Assembly (NCBI RefSeq): GCF_000497125.1
Contig: NC_090600.1
Span: forward strand, 1,199,197 to 1,263,196
Origin: Spironucleus salmonicida
Taxonomy: Eukaryota
Direction: 5' to 3'
Length of the DNA: 64,000 nucleotides
Positions 29,069 to 40,326 of this stretch are shown here, piece after piece. Numbering within the stretch: the first letter of the stretch is position 1; each line of letters opens with the position of its first letter. Both the position numbers and the translations under genes were made by a program. The notes under the pieces were generated by a model. It was not told the origin of the DNA and searched no databases. It was given only the letters and a program-made list of their open reading frames with translations.

Positions 29069-29290
29069 CAAATAATTATTTTGTATAATATATACTTATA
29101 AACATTAAATACTTGTATTAATCAATTAAAGTTTGTAGACCTTTTAAATTACTAATTCGACGATGAACACAGCATTAGTTATTTTATTATTTTTATCGTA
29201 GCTTGTAATTATACTTTACACACCATAATTTCCCTTGCCTGTCACAATTGAAACTATTAGAGAATTGTTTGAACAAACAGATTGATTATT

Positions 29291-30046
29291 TCACTTCACG
29301 CCATTTTCTCGCTTGAGGGCCTCGAACTCGCGCCGGAAGAAGTCCTGGAACTCCCTGCTGCCGGCCCCGCGGATCTCGTCGAAGTCGCCATCGAAGTGCC
29401 TGTCGAACCACTCCTTCCGCAGCACCCAGCCTATTTCCATCGGGATAGCGTTGGCGGCCATGTCGTCGGTGTTGATGTCGGCCTTGGCGGGGTAGGTCTT
29501 CTGGGTGAGGAGGTCGAACGCACAGTCATCGGCGTCGATGAGCAGGTTCACGCTGGAGAACTTGAGCGGGAGCAGCGGCTGTATCGCGCACGGCTCCAGG
29601 CGGAGGTCGCGCACCTCAAAGAGCGCGGCGTCCAGGAAGGCGAAGGTGCGGCCGAAGACGGAGTGCACGAGCGTGCGGCTGGCAGGCCGGAGCACGCAGA
29701 GCGGGGACAGCGCGAAGTCGCTCACGTCGAACACGGCGCCCTTCTGGTCGAGGAAGCAGAGCCGCGGGCCGTGGCGGAAGAGGGCGTTGTTGCCGTGTCT
29801 TCGCAGGCCCATGCGCACGCTGGGGGCGGGGGAGAACTCCAGGAGCTCGTGGGCGCACGCGGCGTAGAACCGGCCGCGGAGGCACACGGTCTGCGTGGTG
29901 ATGGAGAGGGGCGAGGTGGCGGAGACGAGCGAGGGCTGGGACGCGAGCACCTTGCCGTACACGTCGATGGTGGTGTCCCTGGAGGCGCCGGAGAGCTGGA
30001 AGCCCTCGGGGGCGTAGCGGAGAAAGTAGAGCGCGCCGGGGTCCAT
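29291..30046 (-). CDS. Hypothetical protein, 251 aa (copy 1)
   Basis: MDPGALYFLRYAPEGF...LKRENGVK-TGA. Third positions almost all G/C. It is the C-terminal part of the 704-aa shadow ORF. Confidence 0.75.
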   Translation of the reverse strand: MDPGALYFLRYAPEGFQLSGASRDTTIDVYGKVLASQPSLVSATSPLSITTQTVCLRGRFYAACAHELLEFSPAPSVRMGLRRHGNNALFRHGPRLCFLDQKGAVFDVSDFALSPLCVLRPASRTLVHSVFGRTFAFLDAALFEVRDLRLEPCAIQPLLPLKFSSVNLLIDADDCAFDLLTQKTYPAKADINTDDMAANAIPMEIGWVLRKEWFDRHFDGDFDEIRGAGSREFQDFFRREFEALKRENGVK

Positions 30047-30078
30047 GGTGGAGAGGTGGAAGGGAGGGCGATACAGGC

Positions 30079-31392
30079 TCACTCTACCGCGTACACCGCG
30101 AACGCGAAGGGCCCCAACGGCACGGTGCCGTCCATGGGCGGGGCGGGGTGCCCGAGGAGCTGCCGGACGGCCCCCTGCAGCCAGCCGGGCGCGAGGGCCA
30201 CCTGCAGGGCGTGGTCGCTCAGGTTGGCCAGCACGATGCGGCGCGCTGCCCCGGTCCAGAGGCCGCAGAAGACGTAGCGGTGCACGTCGGCCTGCGTGAA
30301 GGCGCCCTGGAAGGCGTTGTCGCGCAACAGCCGCAGCAGGCCCGCGTAGAACTCCTGCACCGCTGGGTCCGCGGCCTCCGGTACCGCACGCCGCAGCTGG
30401 ACCCCGAGCCTGCCCCGGCGCCCCTCGAGCTGCCCGTGCTGGAAGAAGCGCAGCCCCGGCCGGAGGTAGCACTACACCGCCGCCGGGAGCGCGTTGTGGA
30501 ACCGCGCGATGCGGGCCTCGTCGTGGTTCTCCAGGAAGTGGCAGCAGGCGGGCCCGCACCGCAGCCCCTGGGCGAAGCAGTCCTGCAGGGCCCCGCAGGT
30601 GTCCAGCGGCCGCTTGCAGTACACGAAGTCGAAGCCGCGCTCCACCAGCGCGTCCTCGGTGTCCCAGTAGGCCTCCGCGAGGAAGACGAAGTCGCGGTAG
30701 GTGCGCCGGAGCGCCGAGATGGCGTCGCGCCAGAAGTCGGGGATCTCGGTGCCCCAGATGGACCGGTGCACGTCGGGCAGCTGCAGCATCGCCATGTCGC
30801 AGCGCACGCCGTCGCACAGGCTGGCCACCTTGAACAGGTCCAGGCCGCGGGCCGCGCGGGTGTCGGGCCGCGTGAAGTCGAACTGGGCCGTGTCGCCCCA
30901 GATGTGGTAGCGGTCCCTCCCGAAGAAGACGCCCGAGGGGTGCTGGTCCGTCGCCGAGCCGAAGGGTCCCCGCAGGAACAGCTCCGGGCAGGCCGCGGCG
31001 CACTCGAGGGACCCGTGGTTCGGCACGAAGTCCAGCACGAGCCGCATCCCGCGCTGGTTGAGGCGCCGCTTGAGCCCGAGGAGCGCGGCGTCCGTGCCGA
31101 GGGCGGGGTTCGCCACGTAGGCCGCCACCGCGAAGGGGGAGCCGATGACGTCGGCGGGCTGCAGGTCCGGGAGTAGCTCGCGATACACACGCTGGCGCTC
31201 GGGCCGGAAGTCGCAGGCGAGCGAGGCGGCCCCGAGCGTCCACGCGCCGAGGAGGTACAGCATGTCGAAGCCGCGCGCCGCCAGGGAGTCCAGGAAGCCG
31301 TCGGGTATCGCGTCCAGACCGCGCAGGCCCTGCTCGTACAGGAAGGGGCGCGCCGGGAGCTGGTAGAGCGTCGGGTACCTTCTCCGCTCCAT
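30079..31392 (-). CDS. GH13 alpha-amylase-like glycoside hydrolase, 437 aa (copy 1)
   Basis: LVLDFVPNH, DGVRCDMA, FLAEAYW, FLENHDE catalytic regions. Reads through one TAG=Gln to TGA. Confidence 0.88.
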
Positions 31393-31442
31393 TCTGATTT
31401 GGCATAATATGCCCGAAACCGTATCCAAACTTAGTTGCTCAC

Positions 31443-31636
31443 TCACTCGTGGTGCAGCTGGAGCATGAGGCCGAGCATCGCGTTGCCCTGCTCATGCACC
31501 CTCGCGCAGAAGACCTCGAAGCCCTTCAGGTCGGCCTCGTCGATCATCTCAAGGCAGCTGTGCATGGCCAGCATCGGCAGGCCCATGTCCACAACCTTCA
31601 TGTCGCAGTCCGCCGCCACCAGGTTCCCGATCGTCC
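31443..31636 (-). pseudogene. 5'-truncated fragment of the M18 aminopeptidase gene (last ~63 codons)
   Basis: Matches 40083-40276. Upstream is unrelated AT-rich DNA with no peptidase N-terminus. Confidence 0.8.
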
Positions 31637-32302
31637 TCAGGCATATAAGAACATAATAGCATTAAATAGTTATAATAATGTGAAGTAAAATCTACCTACA
31701 GTTTTAATAAATTCTTCATATTTTATTTTGACTTTATGGATTTTATACATATTTTTCTTATTGTTACCGATAAAATATGATGGATAAAGCCAAAACGGAA
31801 GTAAGATAATGTTTACAATAAGAATTAATGTGTAACTATTTTATACCATTGAAGAAATATAATGTGTAAAATGTGTAGTGAAATATTAATAAACAGAAAA
31901 AATATTATAATACACAAAATGAACTGACAAAAAATTAAGGATCTCAATCAATTTTAAACATGAAAATAGTTTGGTTTAAAAACGGATATAGTATTGCAAG
32001 CAGTTATTAAATAATTTTTTATTATTTAAACACAAAACGTTATACTAATAATAGAGTACTATAACTATATCAAATATTATAAAAGTATCTTATTTCGTTT
32101 ATTTTCTACTGCTTTGTGATATAATTAAGATTTCTAGATAAAATTTTCAGAAAATTAACTGCTAGCTAATAATTTATGTTTATTTAAAAAGTTATTTACT
32201 ATTATATGAATTCTACTAAAGTTAGAAATAAATTATATTCAAATTACAATATATAATATATAGATTGTAAATTCAAAATTTAACCACTCCAGTTAGCAAA
32301 AT

Positions 32303-32779
32303 ATGCAGAAGAAACGTGCTATTGAGCCAGAACTTACTGAAGAGCAAAAACACGAAATCCGCGAGGCATTTGACCTTTTCGACGCTGATGGATCAGGCCG
32401 CATTGACGTCAAGGAGCTTAAAGTTGCTATGCGCGCTTTAGGTTTTGAGCCCAAACGCGATGAGCTCAAGCGCATGATTTCTGAGGTGGATTCATCCGGA
32501 AACGGAACGTTGGACTTGAACGATTTCTTTAGAATTATGACAGCCAAAATGGGCGAGCGCGACTCTCGCGAGGAGATTTTGAAAGCCTTCAGGCTGTTCG
32601 ACGAGGACGACACCGGTAAAATTTCGTTCAAAAACCTCAAGAGGGTGGCAAAGGAGTTGGGCGAAAACCTCTCAGACGAAGAAATCCAGGAGATGATAGA
32701 CGAAGCAGATCGCGACGGGGATGGCGAGATTAACGAAGAGGAATTTTTGAGGATCATGAGGAGAACCAGTTTGTACTGA
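32303..32779 (+). CDS. CETN: Centrin (caltractin), 158 aa
   Basis: [34 protein letters not shown]..., four EF-hands, ends RRTSLY. Confidence 0.96.
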   Translation: MQKKRAIEPELTEEQKHEIREAFDLFDADGSGRIDVKELKVAMRALGFEPKRDELKRMISEVDSSGNGTLDLNDFFRIMTAKMGERDSREEILKAFRLFDEDDTGKISFKNLKRVAKELGENLSDEEIQEMIDEADRDGDGEINEEEFLRIMRRTSLY

Positions 32780-32810
32780 TAAATTCTTTTAATTATGTAT
32801 AATAATTGCT

Positions 32811-34940
32811 TCACTCGCTTCCGTCCATATGCACTGTCATTCCCAACCCCTAATATACTACGCTAATACTAGCATTTTATAGTTCCATTTTATTTCCTTG
32901 CAAAACCTCACAGTCATTATCTGCATGCCGTGCAAGCATTTCTAAATTGCATATAGATAGAGTATGCACAAAATTTAAATCAAATTCGGCCACACAATCA
33001 GCTACTGAATTCTACCCGTCTAATGTTAGTTTAATCAGCCTCTATATGTTATAATATCCTAACTGAAATACTCGTTTCATTCGTTTCATAGAGGATTCGG
33101 AAACTGTCTTTCCGATGTTATTTGAAGGCAATAATGGATCAGCGATATTAACAGATCTAAACTAAAACGGCGGTTTTTGGTCCTAGAAAAATTTAATCAA
33201 TAATGCTGATCGAACAAATTCATCTAATGTCTTACTTAATGCTTATAAAAACTATGTGTTGCTTATATTCTCATCCTAAAGAATGATTTTTTCATCTAAA
33301 TATTAAAAAAACTCTTAACACTGAGCACTGTATTCCTACCTATTTTAATCAGATTTCTTATAATTTTATAAACAATTTTTTAATCCTTTTTATTCTAAAA
33401 TATTGCCATCGCTCGCGACACGCAAAGCAATTAAATGCTTAATCTCTTTTGCTAATTATAGCTCTTTATCATTGAATTTTTTATGTACAAATTATGACAC
33501 CTATTTATCAAAGAAACTTTAAGCAGTATCGCAGCTTTCAAAATCTTCTCTAGGAACTGCTCCAAAAATAGTTATCAAATTTTAGGAAAAATCAAAGGAA
33601 GAAAAATAAGCTAAAAATGCATATAGTGCTTATAATGGTGTTGTGATTTGAGATTGATGTAAGAGAATAAAAATAACTAGGGTACGTAATCCATAAGACG
33701 AAAGCATAAAATTATGAGATCCTAAAATATGTAGCTCGTTAATACAGTAACATTATATAAATACAAGTGAGCGTTTTAGTAAATGGTTTTTACCTATATA
33801 GTTATCTATTAATTCTAAAAAATACGCTGTTAATACACCAGCTGGTTAAGTAAATGAAATATCGAAACCCACATCCTGGTATGTGAATTTAATAACTGGG
33901 ACTTCTGCATCGATATGTACTAGATTTTATAGTTCAATTCCAGAAAGAACTTTTAATACTCGCCGAGCAGTCACTTGTTCCTCTTCATCCTTGTTCCAGC
34001 AGCAGAAATCTATATCAGAATTAAATAAATAGCAGTGAGATTGAAAAGACCCATATGGTAAAATAACCGCAGTCGGAAGCTCTTTTGTAATAAGACTTGC
34101 TAATTCTTAGAATAATGTTTACCTAGTACATTAAACTTTTGTAGATGGCCCAACTATAGATATAAGGTCATCAATTCGTTCTGTAATGTATTGCAGATTC
34201 TAAACTGACTTGATGTACACCATATTTGCATCAGATTTTTGCATCTATCGAAGTGGAAGTGAGAATAAAATAGAATACTAAATATTATATAAAAATCACC
34301 ACTTATCATATTCGTCCACCCCAATTACAAATAATTTCTTAAAAGCATTAACTCTACCAGCATCAATCAATTTTGCAATAACGTTAACAACAAAATCAGC
34401 CTTGTCATGGTTCGGGGTTATCTTGCATACATCTAAAGTGCACTCTACGTATTCTTCCTCTTGGTAATCCAAATAATCATCATAGTTACATAAAGAAAGA
34501 TCGTCAAAATCACCTATACTAGTAATCTCAGATTCAGAAGCAAAAATAGAATCTTATTCTGATGATTCAGATATTTCATCTGCTTTTTCAATAATAAGAT
34601 GTACTTCAGCTTTCCTAGCTTACGTTTCATTCTTAAGTGCATTTTGTACTTCTATATCATGACCTAGAAGTTCTCTCAATTTGTCTATTATCATATTTTT
34701 ATCATTACTTGGCGTAGCTTAAACTTATGTTTACTGTATTTTTTTAAGAGCAGGTGGTGGAATATTAATCTTATTCATATATGATGTGTAAATTTTTGAC
34801 TCATGTTATAAATACTATAAGAAGACGGATTGTGCTTAATTTACTGGTAATTTAGCTTACTATAATAATTATGGTATATCACTTAGTTTTTACGTTCTAG
34901 AAATTTTTATTTTTTTATTATCTTGTTCAAACCAGCTCAT
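32811..34940 (-). CDS. Non-canonical poly(A) polymerase / nucleotidyltransferase (Trf4/PAP-associated-like), 709 aa
   Basis: YGSFQSHCYLFNSDIDF (GS...DxD motif) and NIADPLLPSNNIGKTVS. Confidence 0.78.
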
Positions 34941-35104
34941 TTTATTTTAGTAAATTCTGTTAATAGTATATAATATTGTAATTTAAAGTATAATTATATA
35001 TTGCTTTAAATAATAATATGTATTGAGTTTATCGGGCAAAATACTTAATTTAATATATTTATTATTGATTTAATGTTCGATTAATTCCACTCCTCCACTT
35101 CTTA

Positions 35105-36466
35105 ATGTTCTCTATAAACGATGATTCAGCTAACTTCCCTAATTTTGATTCAATTTAAGACCATGGAAGCTCATTTCTTCCGTTTGATAGCCAAATGGTA
35201 TAATCCCAACCTTAAATTACCACATTACGTTCTTCTCAAAAATTTTCCCTAACAAGTAGTCCTGATAAAATTCAAACAAATTAAGTCCCACCTAATCAGG
35301 TTCAATATTTAATGGCGAATTTAGTTAGCGCTGGATGCTCAAACTAATCAAGAAAAGTTTAAGATTTAGTAGATTTATTGGCTTAGAATGGTTAAAATGA
35401 TATTATTGATAGAGCTGTTCAATAGCATTTAGGGACACTTCATAATCTTATCACAGATAAATATGGTAATTATTTGATGCAATTATTAATTAAGCATTCG
35501 TCTCCGGACGTATTTTAAAATATTATTGCGTTAATTGAACACAATATTTTAGAATATTCATTCAATTAATTTTCTTGCAGAGTTGTTTAAGCTGTCACTG
35601 ATAGATGTATTTCCTTAAATATTTCCTATTTTGTTTTAAAAGTTTTTGATACTTTAGTATAAACCTAATAATTAACAACTCGTTCATTAAATTCATAATT
35701 TGCCAGCCATATTGTACTTCTTACACTTAATTCTATCCCATATTAAGATTAAGAAAAGATGTTTATATTCGCTGCATAAGATTTTTTAAATATAGCAAAA
35801 GATTAATATGGTTGCCGTATACTTGAGTATGTTTATAAATTTGTTTAAGATGCATTATCTGCAGTTTATGTTGAGGCATTATTTTAATTATTAAGTACTA
35901 ATGTACTACATTTATCAGATAATAGATATGGAAATTATCTTGTGTAGGCTGTTCTTAAAAACCAATTTTATTAAGTAAATAATTATTTAGAAAATATTAT
36001 GTAAGTATTAATGGATAGCTTTAGAACTCTTTCATAATCAAAATTTGGGTCTAATATTTGTGAGTGTGTCGTATAGCTTTGTGACATTTAAAGTCTTGTT
36101 AGATTAATTTCAAATTGTAATTTTGAAGAACTTATTAAAGACTAATATGGAAATTTCGTCACTTAAGTGTTTATTTAGAGAATGTCAGATTTCTCATTAA
36201 AGTGTTAATGCCCAGTATGTTGTATTAAACTTTAGGAATCATTAGAGTATTCTCATGACGTAGAAATGGATCAAATCAATATAGCCTTACCAATAGACTC
36301 AGATGTGATCTGTACGATGGAGCTTTTTAGAAAGTTTTGCTGCTTTATCAAGGGAGTTCTTGATATAGTACCATCTATTCATGTTTAAAGATCTATTTAG
36401 CGTTCTTTTGATTTCCATGACCTTGAAGTTTGTTCATTTGATGAATTTCGTGAACTCATCTTGTGA
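35105..36466 (+). CDS. Pumilio/PUF RNA-binding protein, 453 aa
   Basis: Repeats DKYGNYLMQ, NQFSCRVVQ, DQYGCRILE, NRYGNYLVQ, SKFGSNICE, DQYGNFVTQ. Confidence 0.88.
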
Positions 36467-36548
36467 GTGAGTGTGTAACCTAACATTTTATAGTTACTAA
36501 TATTATTTATAGTATAATTTCATTTATATTTGATTTTCACTCCTTAAG

Positions 36549-37970
36549 ATGTCTATAACAGAAGGAAAAGTAACATTAAATACTGACGTCGCATTTTACA
36601 ATGAAACATAAGTGTTTAACCGTGATTTCTCTGTCCTTGCCATTTCAACTTTTTTTGATCATTTTAAACCCAGAACATAAAACTAAGAATTAACGCTCCT
36701 TGATGCACTTTCAGCATCTGGACTTCGCGCACTAAGATATGCCGCGGAAATACCGCATGATATAAAAATTACTGCTAATGATATATCATTAGCAGCGACA
36801 GTCCAAATCAAAGAAAATGCAATTTTAAATGCCAAAACTCTTTAAATTTAACATTCAGATGCAAATCTATTTATGTATAATAATCCATGCTAGTTTTCAT
36901 GTATTGATATTGACCCATACGGCCATCCCACTCCATTTTTAGACTCCGCAATTAAAGCTGCTGCGCATGATGCACTGCTCTGTGTGACAGCTACTGATTC
37001 TCTTGTTACTTGCGGACGCCAACCTGAAGAGTGTCTTAGACGTTATAATTCACTTCCTGGAAACTCTGTTTTCGGGCACGAAGCTAGCGTTAGAATCGTC
37101 ATTGCAAGTATCGCAGAAACTGCTGCACGACAGCGTTGTGGAATTGATGTTTTATGCGCTTTTTATCAATTTCATTATTTACGCGTTTTCGTAAAATTAG
37201 ACAAAAAACGTTCTCGTGGTGTTGAAATGATTCAAAATTTGGCAGAAATTAACTATTGCGGGAAGTGCTAAAGCATGAATTTTGGCAGAAAAGTTGGCAG
37301 AATTTTTGCGTCTTAGACTGTAGAAAATTGTGAATTTTGCTATTAAAAACTTAAAGTTTGTGGGCCAATATGGTGCGGCGAAATTGGTAATAAATAGTTT
37401 TTAACACAAATAAATGATAATCTCGAAAAATTTCCATTATTGAATCAAATTTCAAGAATAAGTGCGCATGTAAAGTTCCAGCTTTTGGACTATGACAAGA
37501 CTCCACTTTTTTACGATCTAACAGAGATTTCAAAATACTTGAAAGTCACATGTCCTCCGATGTCGATTTTTGTTAATTTTTGCAGCTAAATTAATGTTGA
37601 AGTTAGTCCTACATGTTATTCTTCTAATGGATTTAAATGTAGCTATGATAGCTTTTAAAAAGTTCGTGACATCCTGAATTTATGGTTTAGATTGATGAAA
37701 AAAGGAGGGAAAAGTAAAAAAGAGTGGGAAGGAAAGGAGTGCGAAATTCTATTTTTGCATAGTGTTTAAGATCTTGAAAAGTTAATGAAAAAAGCAGGAT
37801 TTAATTCTGAATTAATTGAAAATTTTATAAAAGATAACTATTAAGAGTTTGTAAAAGAAGGGGGATTGCAGTATTAAAAAGAATTTACTGGGGAATGGGC
37901 AATTAGTAGTTAGTTGGGGCTCTTTAAAGGCAATCCTGGTAAAAATTGGGGGCCGAAGAAGATGAAGTGA
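36549..37970 (+). CDS. TRM1: tRNA (guanine-N2,N2)-dimethyltransferase, 473 aa
   Basis: AFYNETQVFNRDFSV, LDALSASGLRALRYA, IDIDPYG, C-terminal NWGP. Confidence 0.92.
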
Positions 37971-38312
37971 AAATTTGTAATGGGTTTAGTATAATATAAC
38001 ATTAACTCTTTACAAACAATCGAAAAATTAGACCGCTTATATAGTTCGAATTTTTATATAAAATAATACTCATATATATTTTTAAAAACTTTCATAATAG
38101 TAATATGTATAAATGTATATATATAAATAATTAATAGATTATGATAGTTTGCCTACTTAATCAATATAATATATTAACAAAGATTGTTAATTTCCATTCA
38201 CAGTATAAGTTTATTCAAACTAAGAATACTGTAATAAAATTGAGGCAGATGCTTTTGATATCAGAATAAATCAAATTGCCCTAACTCAAAAATTAAAGTA
38301 AAGTTTTGAAAT

Positions 38313-38633
38313 TCACATCTAACTAGAGTAGTAGTTCGTTTTTTGCTGTAGACGTTACAGACGTTCTTGGTCCAGTTACTCCCGTCTTGATTTATGAGAT
38401 TAGAATTTTGGATCTTCTTTGATAGAAGATACAATTTATTACCTTGGTTTCTTTATTTCTGGGGTGTCGTATGAGGCGTATGTAAGTGCTGAATATTTAA
38501 TTTTTTTAGGCTATAATGAATGGTAAGTTTATGATGTGATTGGAGTCATTTAATGATTACGATTGGGATTTGGTAATTTCATGTTATCTAGAATCCGTAG
38601 GATCTCTTTAGGGCCTTGTTTCAAAGTTGACAT
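38313..38633 (-). CDS. Small hypothetical protein, 106 aa
   Basis: MSTLKQGPKEILRILDNM...YYSSQM-TGA. Confidence 0.5.
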
Positions 38634-38953
38634 TTGAGGTTTGTCAATATTACGGTATAGGTTTTTATATAATTATATTCTTAATATTACATGACTTTAT
38701 TAATCTTTTGATAATTTTACTAAAAATAAGATAATGTATATTAAGAAAATTGCATAAAAATATAATTATATAATAATGATAAAGTATTAATAAATACTAT
38801 ATAAAAGATAAAAGCATTACAGGTTTGTTTTCCATACACTAAAGCAGTCTTAGTTGATATTTTAATGTATCTAGGTGAGATAGTGAATAATCAAACTATA
38901 CAATTAAATAACTATTATATATGTTAATTTAATAAGTAAATTCAGTTTCACAA

Positions 38954-40276
38954 ATGCTTACTTTTGAAGAATTTATAAGCGCTTCCCCATCACCTTATCA
39001 TTCGGTTAAAACAGCAGTGGATATGCTTGTATCTGCTGGTTTTAAACATATCAGAGAGTCTGAAGTTATACCATCTAATACTCCTTGTGTATATACTAGA
39101 GATGGTACTGCTGTTATTGGTTGGATACCAGGAACTGATTTTACTAGTGGTTTTACTTCAGTATAGTCTCATACTGATTCTCCTTGCCTTAGATTTGTGT
39201 AAAGCGGTGCTATAAAAGCTTTTGGTACTCTTATGTCAATTCCTGTTGAGCCTTACTCAGGATTGGTTGTTGGAAGATTTATTGATAGAAAATTGAGAGT
39301 TGGTGGTAGAATTTCTTATATAGTTGAAAAAGATGGTAAATTCATCCCTGCTTCTATTTTAGTTAAATCTGAGGGTGAATTTGTTATTCCAGGCCTTGCT
39401 CCTCACATGCTTCGTAATCCTGGAGATCCCAAAGATTGGATCCCAGAAGGTGATGATTTTGTTCTTTGTTGCCCTAAAACCGTTACAATCAATGGAAAAC
39501 AAATTGAAGTAAAAGAAAAAGCAACAATGAATGATCTATTTGCTCCCCTTCTCCCAGTAGGAGCTATTATTTCAGCTACTTAAATTGATATATCAGCAAT
39601 TGAATTCAACCGTTATGGGTCTCTCATTTAAGCACCTAGAATTGATAATCTAGCTTCTCTTTATGGATCTGTTGTTGGATTAATTAATTCTTTCAAAAAT
39701 ATTCCCACGTAGGCTAGCACGCGTATGATAGCTGGCTTTAATCATGAAGAGATTGGTTCTAGAACTCGTTCTGGGGCAGCTGGCATAGGCCTCCATGATT
39801 GGTGGTTAAGAGTTTGTTAACTTCCTTCTGATATTGCTATTGCAGCTATGCATAAATCTCTAAATATTAGTGCTGATGGGGCTCATGCTAATCATCCTGC
39901 TAAAGGTGCCTCTTCATGTCATGACCCAATACCTGTTCTTGGTAGTGGTGTTTGTCTTAAGTTTGGCTAAAAGTAGAATTATGCATTCACTGATAATCTT
40001 TCAGCAGTTGTTATCGCTATTGCTAAAAATGCTGGTGTTTCGACTTAAAAGTGGGTCGGTAAGTCATTCAAGGCCGGGGGCGGGACGATCGGGAACCTGG
40101 TGGCGGCGGACTGCGACATGAAGGTTGTGGACATGGGCCTGCCGATGCTGGCCATGCACAGCTGCCTTGAGATGATCGACGAGGCCGACCTGAAGGGCTT
40201 CGAGGTCTTCTGCGCGAGGGTGCATGAGCAGGGCAACGCGATGCTCGGCCTCATGCTCCAGCTGCACCACGAGTGA
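38954..40276 (+). CDS. M18 aspartyl aminopeptidase, 440 aa
   Basis: SPSPYH, SHTDSP, RIDNL, FNHEEIGS, SADGAHANHP, GGTIG, DMGLPMLAMHS. Last ~63 codons lie inside repeat copy 2. Confidence 0.92.
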
Positions 40277-40326
40277 GTGAGCAACTAAGTTTGGATACGG
40301 TTTCGGGCATATTATGCCAAATCAGA

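Larger units (their letters stand above)
29291..31636 (-). repeat. GC-rich inverted repeat, copy 1 (2346 bp)
   Basis: Reverse complement of 40083-42428 (paired coordinates sum to 71719). Three substitutions seen. Confidence 0.95.

Noticed and set aside
29291-31636. GC-rich block as bacterial contamination or a recent foreign insertion
   Set aside because: It contains the tail of a native gene continuous with AT-rich sequence, uses TAG=Gln, and its genes end in the host AGTGA pattern.
31640-31646. GGCATAT next to the copy-1 breakpoint matching half of the promoter palindrome
   Set aside because: A 7-bp match is expected by chance, and there is no equivalent at the other junctions.
29282-31688. 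Many long overlapping ORFs (704, 342, 331, 323 aa etc.) here and at 40045-42428
   Set aside because: Shadow frames of GC-rich DNA (R/P/A/G-rich). Only the frames with GC-ending codons and protein motifs were accepted.
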